DNA of 61,141 nucleotides, taken from the IMG/VR virus record IMGVR_UViG_3300028920_000076, positions 1 through 61,141 of that record, one strand, 5' to 3'. Below, piece by piece: positions 46,410-55,164 of the stretch. This stretch comes from a virus (Duplodnaviria; Caudoviricetes). Both the position numbers and the translations under genes were made by a program. How positions within the stretch are numbered: the first letter of the stretch is position 1; each line of letters opens with the position of its first letter. The notes below the pieces were generated by a model. That model was not told where the DNA came from. It saw nothing but the letters and a program-made list of their open reading frames with translations, and ran no database searches.

Positions 46410-47693
46410 ATGACCACGATTATTGCTAAGAACGTTGACATCATTGACTTGCTGATAGAAGAACTCGGCATCACCATACCAGCCTCGATGCAAGAGACAC
46501 TTAGCGATCTGTTTACGCTTGCAGACATAGCTGATTCTGAGACGTTAAAAACCCACGTTTCCGGGTTAAGCATTGTAATCAACGATGGAAGTCAGGATTT
46601 ATCGGCTGAGGAGGGGATTCGGCATGTATCACTACAGTCTGAATATGAAGATGCCGTCGAGGAGTCAGGCTTGGGCGGTGGTGGACAGGCCACTCAAGCC
46701 TTCGACGCCTATTCCGCTGTTGCACAGGCTATCGGGACTTCATGGGGAGATTTATCGTTAGATACTCAGCGGCAAAAGACCGGAGCATTTGATTTTACTG
46801 CTCCGTCCGCTGAGGTAGAAATCGCTACAGGAACCACGACACAGCGGTTTCTCGTTCTCGGACGTTGCACTACTCGTGTAACATCCGGTACAAGTAGATC
46901 AGAAGCAGAACTGAAATGTCTGATTGATACCGGTTCGGGATACGCCGACCTTGCCGGTACTGCCGGGGAGATGTACCTCCGACAGTTGAACTATGGGGCG
47001 TCTTGCTCATTTTTGGCTGTAATAACCCTTGCAGCCGGTGACAAGCTGAAAATGCAAGCAATGAGGACATGGGGAACCTCTACAATACAGGCTGTGGCGA
47101 ACGGAACGGCCCTTGTACTGGTCGCTTTGCGTGGGGAGAAGGGAGACCAAGGACCGCAAGGAGATCAGGGCATACAGGGCGACTTAGGGCCTCAAGGGGA
47201 GCAAGGAATACAGGGACCACCGGGAGAACCAAATTGGGTGGCTCAGGAAACCGCTCCGACTTCTCCGTCTTCTGGCGATGGGTGGTATGTACCGTCAGAG
47301 GGACTGCTCTATATTTATGATGGCACTCGAAGTAAGTGGCTATCTGTGGATCGTCAACTCTGGGAGTTTGGGACAGAAGGTCTCGCAGATAATGAGTACC
47401 TGCAAATCGCTAATCAGATTGACGATGACGAGCAGGGACATACGTTTTACCGGGATTTTACCGTATTGGGAATCCGTGTGTTTGCCCCGTCTGGAAACCA
47501 GACAAAAGCAATGGCTATTGAGAAGGATCGCTCATCCGTACATGCTTTTAGTTTAACAGCCGGGGCCTATGAAAAAAGTGATCTGGACTTGGATTTTGAC
47601 GCTGGTGAGCTTCTTCAACTTTTTGTTGAAAGTGCCGGGACCGGAGCCAGAGATACTCACGCTAAACTTGAAATAGCATGGAGGAAAAGTTAA
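46410..47693 (+). CDS. collagen-repeat fibre protein
   Basis: About 11 G-X-Y triplets (GEKGDQGPQGDQGIQG...); shared N- and C-domains. Confidence 0.75.
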   Translation: MTTIIAKNVDIIDLLIEELGITIPASMQETLSDLFTLADIADSETLKTHVSGLSIVINDGSQDLSAEEGIRHVSLQSEYEDAVEESGLGGGGQATQAFDAYSAVAQAIGTSWGDLSLDTQRQKTGAFDFTAPSAEVEIATGTTTQRFLVLGRCTTRVTSGTSRSEAELKCLIDTGSGYADLAGTAGEMYLRQLNYGASCSFLAVITLAAGDKLKMQAMRTWGTSTIQAVANGTALVLVALRGEKGDQGPQGDQGIQGDLGPQGEQGIQGPPGEPNWVAQETAPTSPSSGDGWYVPSEGLLYIYDGTRSKWLSVDRQLWEFGTEGLADNEYLQIANQIDDDEQGHTFYRDFTVLGIRVFAPSGNQTKAMAIEKDRSSVHAFSLTAGAYEKSDLDLDFDAGELLQLFVESAGTGARDTHAKLEIAWRKS

Positions 47694-49147
47694 TGCAAAA
47701 GTTTTTGAAGAACGTTACCACTGGACGCCTCCGAGTTGGAGATGTTGGTAAGAAAATCGATGCCGGTGAAGTACGCCGGATTGACGGCAAGGACATTCAT
47801 CGCTGGCTGAACAGTGACGACACACTTGACTACATACGTGCTGGTGATCTGCAAGTCGGTGCTGCGATTGATTTCTTTTACTCCGATGCGCTGGAGGGAG
47901 AGCTTTATTTCAATTCGCTGTTTGACGATGATGCATACGTGCTGGATGGAAGTACACTGGAGGAGGTCACTCCTGCCGTTGTTACAGACAGTATTACCGG
48001 GAAGAAGTCAACCACTGAGTTCTTTGCTATTCAATCCATGATGCGTGAACTCTACAACGCTACGTCCAATCCGTTTTATCATGCCAGTGTCACCCCGATT
48101 CTGGGTGCCGGGGGAATCCTCGAAACCATGGCAGGTAGAACGTTAAATCTGGAGACCATCTTGGGTAAGACCGGATGGTACACACAGGAAGTAAAAGAGT
48201 GGGCATACCAGAAACCGTATGCCATCCTGTTTTACTACGGCTGGCCCAACGCCTTCAACTCCGCTCAGAATGGGTGGGATAATGAGAAGGTTGCTCAGGA
48301 AATGTCCAAGTACCGGATTGTCGTTTTTGGGAATGGGCTGGAGCTTCCTACTCATGGAGACCACGCCAATCTGCAAGCGATTGCAACGAGGATTAAGGCC
48401 CTCAACTCAAACACGCAAATATTCGGGTATGCCTCTGTAAACCAGACGCAGACTGCGTTCGAGACACAGGTGGACAACTGGAAGGACAACATCGGTGTCC
48501 ACGGCATCTTCATGGATGAGGCCGGATACGATTACGGCAAGACCAGACAGGAGTTCAATACTGCGGTGGATTACGTCCACGACGAAGGCTTGATCTGCTT
48601 CGCAAACGCATGGAATATGAACCATGTTCTGGGAACCGCCAACGATCCAAGCTACCCGAACACCACATATAACCCGTCTGCGGACGAGTCGAATCTGGCA
48701 CAGACTGATTGGTATCTGATGGAGTCCCTTGCCGTCAATACCCTTGTCTACTCTGGAGACGGAGTTGCCCCGAAAGCGGACTTTGTGGCTCGTGTGAATA
48801 CCATGACCACGCTCCGTGCGACCTACGGGATCAACGTTGCTGCTATCAACGTGATTAACGACTCACACGCACAGGGACAGGCACTTTTCGACTTCGCCTT
48901 TATCGCTGCCTGTATTGCATCTCTGGAGGGAGTGGGATCGTCAGACGATTACTACGGGGCCTCCAGTGCGAAGACGAAGTTCTGGGACCGACCGGATGTC
49001 AGTGAGATCGGGAGGCTCTGGGACTTGTGGCCCATGCTATCAGCAGACAACAATGATGCGGACAAGGTGCTTCGCTTTCTCGACTTTGGACGCCTGATGC
49101 TGGACTTCTCCACAGGAGCGGTTGATAGTGACATTCTGAAATACTAA
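47693..49147 (+). CDS. virion-associated glycoside hydrolase-like protein (Spherulin-4/GH135 or GH114-like TIM barrel)
   Basis: TQIFGY, GVHGIFMDEAGYDYG, YLMES; shared N-domain. Confidence 0.6.
   Translation: MQKFLKNVTTGRLRVGDVGKKIDAGEVRRIDGKDIHRWLNSDDTLDYIRAGDLQVGAAIDFFYSDALEGELYFNSLFDDDAYVLDGSTLEEVTPAVVTDSITGKKSTTEFFAIQSMMRELYNATSNPFYHASVTPILGAGGILETMAGRTLNLETILGKTGWYTQEVKEWAYQKPYAILFYYGWPNAFNSAQNGWDNEKVAQEMSKYRIVVFGNGLELPTHGDHANLQAIATRIKALNSNTQIFGYASVNQTQTAFETQVDNWKDNIGVHGIFMDEAGYDYGKTRQEFNTAVDYVHDEGLICFANAWNMNHVLGTANDPSYPNTTYNPSADESNLAQTDWYLMESLAVNTLVYSGDGVAPKADFVARVNTMTTLRATYGINVAAINVINDSHAQGQALFDFAFIAACIASLEGVGSSDDYYGASSAKTKFWDRPDVSEIGRLWDLWPMLSADNNDADKVLRFLDFGRLMLDFSTGAVDSDILKY
48372..48385 (-). 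repeat. Dispersed 14-bp motif, reverse orientation
   Basis: Exact TGCAAGCGATTGCA (LQAIA). Confidence 0.9.
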
Positions 49148-49166
49148 TCTCTGGAGGTTAAAGTTA

Positions 49167-49631
49167 ATGATTTTAGGGAGAACTGGGCAAGTTGTCAAAG
49201 AAGACTTTACGGTGGTGGACGATGCGGACGCTCCCATTCCCGGTATCGATACGGGAGAGTTCACACATAAGCTATATACTCCAGCCGGGGCAGAATCTGT
49301 GTTGCCCGTGACTTACTTGGAGTTGGGGAGTGGGAGCTATCGTTTATCTTTTACGCCGGACACTGCCGGTGTGTGGTATCTGATCGTCTACCACGGAACT
49401 TACTTTCCCAGAGGCAAGATAGGAACCGTCGAGGTCTATGATAGTGATTTTGACACGCTCGGTGTGGACGTAACATTCATTAAGGACATCGAAGGTGGCC
49501 GGTGGAGAATCGTCGGAAATCAGATGATCTTTTTCAAGGAAGATGGTATAACTGAAGTCGCCCGATTTAATCTGTTTGACGAGTCAGGCACACCGACTAT
49601 GGATAGTGTGTTTGAACGTCAGAGAGCCTGA
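49167..49631 (+). CDS. Ig-like virion protein
   Basis: GSYRLSFTPDTAGVWYL. Confidence 0.6.
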   Translation: MILGRTGQVVKEDFTVVDDADAPIPGIDTGEFTHKLYTPAGAESVLPVTYLELGSGSYRLSFTPDTAGVWYLIVYHGTYFPRGKIGTVEVYDSDFDTLGVDVTFIKDIEGGRWRIVGNQMIFFKEDGITEVARFNLFDESGTPTMDSVFERQRA

Positions 49632-49671
49632 TGTGTATAGGATTGAAAATTATGAAAGGAGGTGATACTAT

Positions 49672-49986
49672 ATGAGCGAAAGAAGGATGATAATGCCGCC
49701 GCCGAAACCAGCGGCAATGACGGTTACATTTGCATTTCCGATTGGAAGCTTGGTGCAGTTGAAGAATACGAGTTTTCAGGGAGTAGTGACTCGATGCAGT
49801 TGTCATAGCTGGAGTTCAAAGTTTTATATGGTAGACTCCGGCTACGGTGATCCAAAGAGATTGGCAGAAGACGTGCTTCAGAGAGTTGACGACCCTTATC
49901 CTCCATGGAAGCCGTTTCCTCCCATCAAACCCTTGTACCGTGATGCTGACGGGTGTTTGACCGAAGACCCGCCAGAGGGAGCATAG
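49672..49986 (+). CDS. hypothetical protein
   Basis: AGGAGGTG RBS. Confidence 0.55.
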   Translation: MSERRMIMPPPKPAAMTVTFAFPIGSLVQLKNTSFQGVVTRCSCHSWSSKFYMVDSGYGDPKRLAEDVLQRVDDPYPPWKPFPPIKPLYRDADGCLTEDPPEGA

Positions 49987-49987
49987 C

Positions 49988-50125
49988 TTGAAAGAAAGAA
50001 GGAATGGTACGGACAGGAGAGTAGGCAATCCTTACACATCAGTTTTTCCTGAGCGGAGAAGCGGGAAAGACCGTAGGAGAAAAAAAGTTGAATACGATAA
50101 TAACAAGAGGTCTAGGCCAAAATAA
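49988..50125 (+). CDS. 45-aa Arg-rich peptide with two ERRxGxDRR motifs (not in ORF track)
   Basis: TTG start after AGAGGGA; MKERRNGTDRR...PERRSGKDRRR. Confidence 0.55.
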   Translation: MKERRNGTDRRVGNPYTSVFPERRSGKDRRRKKVEYDNNKRSRPK

Positions 50126-50258
50126 TAAAATCGTAACCCGTGGATACGGAGGGCTTGCCTCTTATTTTCATATAGCTTATAAATTTAAACGGACTGTGGC
50201 CCGGATATTTAAACACGGTCCAATCAAAAGGGTATTTAAGGAAGATGGCGTCGAATAA
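50088..50258 (+). CDS. 56-aa protein with ITRGLG/VTRGYG repeats (not in ORF track)
   Basis: AGGAG RBS, TTG start. Confidence 0.5.
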   Translation: MNTIITRGLGQNNKIVTRGYGGLASYFHIAYKFKRTVARIFKHGPIKRVFKEDGVE

Positions 50259-50400
50259 AAAGATAGTAAAACATGAAGCTGTGAAGCGTGTCTATTCGAG
50301 AGAACAGAAAACTGAGTTTACTGCACCCGTGCGGAAATCAGTCTTCTCGAAGATCGCACCTCTCAGGGTATTTAAGGAGGTAACACCGAATGGTAGATAA
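50245..50400 (+). CDS. 51-aa basic protein (not in ORF track)
   Basis: AAGGA RBS; shares RVFKE near the C-terminus with the previous ORF. Confidence 0.4.
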   Translation: MASNKKIVKHEAVKRVYSREQKTEFTAPVRKSVFSKIAPLRVFKEVTPNGR

Positions 50401-50713
50401 CATCGTGATCGAGGAGTTTGAAAAACAGCCATACGAGGAGTTCTTTGTTGCCGGTGACTACTCGACCGTTCTGGATGATGATGAAACATTGGTACTGGCT
50501 CAGTGTGTTGTATCCGCTGTGGACAAAGGCGGAACTGATGCAAGCAGTGCAGTTCTGGACCTTCCCACGATGGATGTAGACGGTCCATATTTGAAGGTCA
50601 GATGCCGTGCTGGAGATCCGTCATTGTCGAAGTACAAGATTACCTTTCGATGCGTGACGAGTGAAGGGAACAAGTGGGAAATCGATGTAAAGATGAAGGT
50701 GAAAGAGTACTAA
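50390..50713 (+). CDS. small virion/fibre adaptor-like protein
   Basis: FEKQPYE...DY...YKITFRCVTSEG; AAGGAGGT RBS. Confidence 0.6.
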   Translation: MVDNIVIEEFEKQPYEEFFVAGDYSTVLDDDETLVLAQCVVSAVDKGGTDASSAVLDLPTMDVDGPYLKVRCRAGDPSLSKYKITFRCVTSEGNKWEIDVKMKVKEY

Positions 50714-50715
50714 GC

Positions 50716-50729
50716 TGCAATCGCTTGCA
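50716..50729 (+). repeat. Dispersed 14-bp motif (TGCAATCGCTTGCA)
   Basis: Exact, between a stop codon and the next RBS. Confidence 0.9.
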
Positions 50730-50740
50730 CCGGAGGTATC

Positions 50741-51145
50741 ATGACTGACTCTGATTTTTTGCAGAACTTTATGAAAGCATTTGAGGAAAGAGTTTTACTA
50801 CCGGGTCTTTTGTCAATGAGGCTCGGAAAAATCGAGGACATTTCCGTTGCGAATGGAAAGCTCTCGAAAACCGTCTTCGGTAAGACAATCGGGCTTGTTT
50901 TACCGGATGCTGGAGACGCCCTTGTTGCCGTGAACTATTACGGTCATCTGAAGAAATCATTATCTTTTGTCAAGGCGGCTGAAACTACGACTGCCCGAAC
51001 GATTCCATGCAGAGTTGTTCACTTTGCATCATTGCGGATCGAGTATATTGCAAAGGCTACGGATGAACTCGAACTGATCGCCGGATTTGCGTTGTTTAAA
51101 GAGAAAATCCTTACTATTCGTGGCTTCAAACATTCACAACCGTAA
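50741..51145 (+). CDS. hypothetical protein
   Basis: GGAGGT RBS. Confidence 0.6.
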   Translation: MTDSDFLQNFMKAFEERVLLPGLLSMRLGKIEDISVANGKLSKTVFGKTIGLVLPDAGDALVAVNYYGHLKKSLSFVKAAETTTARTIPCRVVHFASLRIEYIAKATDELELIAGFALFKEKILTIRGFKHSQP

Positions 51146-51174
51146 CATCAACCGTAACACAAGGAGGAAGCAAA

Positions 51175-51588
51175 ATGGCTAAAGGAACGAGAAGTGGAAA
51201 CATTGGTAGAGCAGGGAAAGGTAGTGGCCGACATTATGGGAGCAGCTCGGCTACTGCAAGGGACGCTGCCAAATCGGGCCTGCCAGCCGAGGCTTGGTTT
51301 GAAGATCCCGTTGACGATGTGACCGTTGAGAATGCGGTTGCTACGTATGATGTTGTAGGGGCTGTTACCACGGGTCTCTTGGCAGCAATCGGGAGTGGGA
51401 GTCTGAATTATACCGTTTCAGGGGATGGTTCCGGCTCCGGCTCCTGCGTGATCGACCCTGCTACCGGGAGATTCGCCATTGATGACTTAGCTCTGGCTGT
51501 GGGTGATAACATTCTTACCATTGATGACGATTCGGGTGATGACCCTCAGTCGATCAGTGAGACAGTTACCATCACCCGTGAAGCATAA
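51175..51588 (+). CDS. Ig-like decoration protein
   Basis: AAGGAGG RBS; GRF....L.LAVGDNILTI. Confidence 0.6.
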   Translation: MAKGTRSGNIGRAGKGSGRHYGSSSATARDAAKSGLPAEAWFEDPVDDVTVENAVATYDVVGAVTTGLLAAIGSGSLNYTVSGDGSGSGSCVIDPATGRFAIDDLALAVGDNILTIDDDSGDDPQSISETVTITREA

Positions 51589-51750
51589 CCCTGATCAAGT
51601 TGGCTGGCCGGTCGGAATAGGCGGGATACCACCCGTCTTCCGACTCGGTGCAGTCGCTTGCGTTCAGGAAGTAGTAGAGGCGGAGCCGTTGCGAAATCCC
51701 GTGGACGAGGACTCTCCAGTTGAGGGTTTAGAACCAAACCCGTTTTCCCC

Positions 51751-51779
51751 TTGACAAACCCAGTTACCTATGATACAAC
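51751..51779 (+). promoter_or_regulatory. sigma70-type promoter upstream of the polymerase/portal block
   Basis: CTTGACAAAC..TACCTATGATA, related to the early promoter family. Confidence 0.65.
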
Positions 51780-51830
51780 GGGATAGGCTCAGAAAACGTA
51801 CCCAAAACACGTAACAGGAGGAGATCGAAA

Positions 51831-52559
51831 ATGGCTCTACAGAAACAGGACTTGATCGCCTTGTCTAAGGCTGATCCAAAGACTATGGCGCTTGACTTTA
51901 ATAATCGGGCGATCATGACTGACCCCGAATCGAGGAATCGGTTGGTCGCTGAGGAGTTGATTATTAAGGGTGGGAAGCTTACCGCTAAAGGACAGAAGCA
52001 ATTTGAAAAACTCTATGAAAAGCTCCAAGCCCTGCGTGACGGAATCTCACTGAGATTACGGAAAGCCGCTGATCCCAAAGCTATCTTCGACGGAGAAGAC
52101 GGAGAATGGTTTATGGGAGAGGCATCCAAGAAACCGTGGGTTGCCAATACTGAAGTACTTTTCATCGGACGTAAACCAGACCCGCAATTCAATGCGTCAA
52201 AAGGAACGCCCAAGCAGAGAAAGGCTGTCCCGTCTACTCTGCGAAGTATCTTGAAAGGGAAGTCGGATGCTACCATTGAGCTGAAGCCGTATGCTTTCCA
52301 GCGAGATGAGTTTGATGGTATTGAACTGATTTGGTTCAGAGATGACGACGAGACCCTGTTCGTTCCCCTTCAAGCCAAATACTTTGACTACATTACAGAC
52401 CGTTTCCCCAAAGCCACCTACCATGTTGATGAGAACAGTGACGGACAAACGGCTGTCCAGATACGAGTGAAAAACCAAGGCATCAAATTTAACTGTGTCG
52501 GCCTAGTTATGCCGGTAAAGGTAGAAGACTTTATTCCAATACCAAACGTGAAAGGGTAA
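51831..52559 (+). CDS. hypothetical protein
   Basis: AGGAGGAG RBS; long ORF. Confidence 0.7.
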   Translation: MALQKQDLIALSKADPKTMALDFNNRAIMTDPESRNRLVAEELIIKGGKLTAKGQKQFEKLYEKLQALRDGISLRLRKAADPKAIFDGEDGEWFMGEASKKPWVANTEVLFIGRKPDPQFNASKGTPKQRKAVPSTLRSILKGKSDATIELKPYAFQRDEFDGIELIWFRDDDETLFVPLQAKYFDYITDRFPKATYHVDENSDGQTAVQIRVKNQGIKFNCVGLVMPVKVEDFIPIPNVKG

Positions 52560-52562
52560 GAA

Positions 52563-55154
52563 ATGGGAGCATGCCAATTAGATTCCTGTCCGCTGCACAA
52601 CCAGCCACGGAATCGGGAAGTTCCCTATCAAGGCTCTACACGTGCTAAGGTTATACTTGTCGGAGAGTCTCCCGGCTTTCAAGAGCTGCGGATGGGGTTA
52701 CCTTTCTGTTCGGACGGAGACTCTGGCAAACTACTTCGTAAGGGATGCAGCACTGTTGGGCTGCCGTGGTCTTCTTTGTTTCTCTGCAATGCTGCTCGTT
52801 GCCGGATTAATACAAAAAAGATGACCATCAAGGAGATCAGTAAAACTCTGGCCCACTGCCGTAGGCATCTTGAACGAGTGATAAAGGCTCTGAAGCCTAA
52901 AATCATAGTGAACCTTGGCAACTACGCACTGCAACAAGTGCAAAAAAGAAAGGGAATAACGAAAGCCCGTGGCAGGTGGACGTGGAACAAAGAGTTTAAC
53001 TGTTGGGTTTACTCCATGTTTCATCCTGCGTACATCTTACGGAACATGGCACTTGAACCACTGTTCGTTGAAGACTTAAAAGGGTTGAAAGACGCAATAG
53101 ACAATGACTACTCGCCGGAGTTCGATGAGGAGTTAGATTGGAAGGAAATCCCCCGATTGAAAGGGGCTTTTACGTTACCCCAACTGCATGAAGGTGTAGG
53201 CATCGATACCGAATGTCAGGGTCTTGAGTGGACGGACGAGGACTATGTTGTAATCGGTTATTCGATAAGCGCCCAGAAAGGTAAAGGCTACTTCGTCCGA
53301 CTGTACGAGGAGACAGTTGATCCCGATGAAGCAGACTTTACTATTCAATGGATGCGTGCTCCAGAGGGCAAGAAAAAGAAAGAGCTTGTGGATGTCCATG
53401 TCCGCAAGGCTCCGCTATTCGATGAGAAATTGAGAGAATTGCGGATCGTGCTGGAGAGCAAGGATATCAAGCTTTACATGCACAACGGCAACTTTGATCT
53501 GCATACTCTCAATACGTTTTTTCGTAATGCTGGAAAGGCTCCACCGACCGTACGATCTTATGCGATGGATACCCAAGCAGCGGCTCAACTACTGGAGGAA
53601 AATATATTTGTCCAATGTAAGTTGTCGCAGCTCCAGCGTACCTACACGAGCATTAAAAGTGATTATGATGAGGCTCTTGCGAGGAAGTATGGAAAGGATG
53701 ATATGCTTGCCGTGCCAGCAGAGGAGTTGGGATACTACGCTGGCGGTGATGCCGATGTGACAAGACGTGTTGCCCTGCGGCTGAAAGAGGAGCTTCTCAA
53801 AGAGCCTGACCTCGCTCGTTACCTTGTAAAATTTGTTATGCCGACTTTGCAATCGCTTGCAACAATGGAGGAAAACGGTGCATACGTCGATCAAGAGCAA
53901 CTGCCGATTGCTACGGAATCAATCAAGGGATTGATGGAACAAGCAACTCGTGACTGCCTTCGTTACATCCCGGTGAAGGTCAGAGCACGTCATAAAGAAT
54001 TAGGACTGAAATTCACTCGTGATGCACTCGTTAGGGATACACTGTTTGCCAATGATGGCTACAGTTTGAAAATCGTCAGGAAAACGAAAAGTGGAACTCC
54101 ATCAGTTGACAAAGACGTACGGAAAATGCTTCTGGAGAGACGGCTGACAAAAAAGTGCCGAGCTTTCCTAACGTATCTGGATGACTTCAAAAGATACCAT
54201 ACGCTCTACACTCGTTATCTGAAGGGATTTAAGAAGTCGATCAAAAGCGATCAGCTTATTCATACCAAGTATTCATTATGTAAGGCAAAGACAGGAAGGG
54301 CTGCTTCGTCAGATCCCAACCTAATGAATATACCGAATCGTGGACCGGATGCGCCTGTCGTACGGAAGTTGATTGCTGCTCCGAAGGGATGGCTTCTGAT
54401 GGCTGCGGATGAAGGCCAATCCGAACTCAGGTGGGCTGCGGATATCGCTAATGACAGAGCGATGAAAGAAGTCTTCCAGCAAGGCAAGGATATTCATACT
54501 GCAACCGCTGTTGCCCTTAGCCAGAGGACTGAAGCTGTCTATTTGAAGTTGCCGGAAAAGGAGCAGAAAACACTCCGTAGAAATGCGAAGCCTGTGAACT
54601 TTGGTCTGCTATACGGGATGGGTGCTGATGGATTCGTCTTGTATGCTAAGTTGGAATACGGGATTGACTTAACGATCCCCGAAGCAGAGCTGTGGATCAG
54701 TATCTTTTTCCGTACTTATAAAGCTTTGCCTGTATACCATAAGAAGACCATAGCTTTTGGCCGACGACATGGATATGTAGTCTCCCCGATTGGTCGGAGA
54801 CGGCATCTTCCAGAGATCAGTAGCAGTGATCCCTTTCTGCGATCACAAGCCGAGAGGATGGCGATCAATCACCCGATTCAATCAGTCTCGTCGGATACCG
54901 TACTGATTGCTAATAATGAGATCGAGGCGCAAGACCATAACCCAGAGGAGTTTAAATCATCGCTGTTCATCCACGATGAGCTTGTCTATCTGGTTCGTGA
55001 CAATTCAAAAGTTGAGGACTATGGAAGGGTACTCAAGGAAGCCATGGAAAATCCTCCGTTCGAGAGGGACTATGGGTATAAACTTTCAGTTCCTTTGATA
55101 TCCGATGTGAAAGTCGGAAAAAACCTCGTTGAGATGACTAAGTTGGAATTATAG
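52563..55154 (+). CDS. polA: Family A DNA polymerase with N-terminal family-4 uracil-DNA glycosylase domain and 3-prime-5-prime exonuclease
   Basis: UDG: C..C, GESPG, NAARCR, HCRRHL, FHPAYILRN. Exo: IDTE, HNGNFDL, YAGGDA. Pol: TGR, DEGQSELR, KPVNFGLLYG, IHDEL. Confidence 0.9.
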   Translation: MGACQLDSCPLHNQPRNREVPYQGSTRAKVILVGESPGFQELRMGLPFCSDGDSGKLLRKGCSTVGLPWSSLFLCNAARCRINTKKMTIKEISKTLAHCRRHLERVIKALKPKIIVNLGNYALQQVQKRKGITKARGRWTWNKEFNCWVYSMFHPAYILRNMALEPLFVEDLKGLKDAIDNDYSPEFDEELDWKEIPRLKGAFTLPQLHEGVGIDTECQGLEWTDEDYVVIGYSISAQKGKGYFVRLYEETVDPDEADFTIQWMRAPEGKKKKELVDVHVRKAPLFDEKLRELRIVLESKDIKLYMHNGNFDLHTLNTFFRNAGKAPPTVRSYAMDTQAAAQLLEENIFVQCKLSQLQRTYTSIKSDYDEALARKYGKDDMLAVPAEELGYYAGGDADVTRRVALRLKEELLKEPDLARYLVKFVMPTLQSLATMEENGAYVDQEQLPIATESIKGLMEQATRDCLRYIPVKVRARHKELGLKFTRDALVRDTLFANDGYSLKIVRKTKSGTPSVDKDVRKMLLERRLTKKCRAFLTYLDDFKRYHTLYTRYLKGFKKSIKSDQLIHTKYSLCKAKTGRAASSDPNLMNIPNRGPDAPVVRKLIAAPKGWLLMAADEGQSELRWAADIANDRAMKEVFQQGKDIHTATAVALSQRTEAVYLKLPEKEQKTLRRNAKPVNFGLLYGMGADGFVLYAKLEYGIDLTIPEAELWISIFFRTYKALPVYHKKTIAFGRRHGYVVSPIGRRRHLPEISSSDPFLRSQAERMAINHPIQSVSSDTVLIANNEIEAQDHNPEEFKSSLFIHDELVYLVRDNSKVEDYGRVLKEAMENPPFERDYGYKLSVPLISDVKVGKNLVEMTKLEL
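53848..53861 (+). repeat. Dispersed 14-bp motif (TGCAATCGCTTGCA)
   Basis: Exact, in polA (LQSLA). Confidence 0.9.
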
Positions 55155-55164
55155 GAGGGAAGAC

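Noticed and set aside
51503-51754. 83-aa ORF, hairpin 51611-51644 and a 2-mismatch motif at 51649
   Set aside because: The ORF overlaps the upstream gene and lacks an RBS. The degenerate motif (TGCAGTCGCTTGCG) was excluded from the counts. The hairpin has no U-tract and matches no RNA family I recognise.
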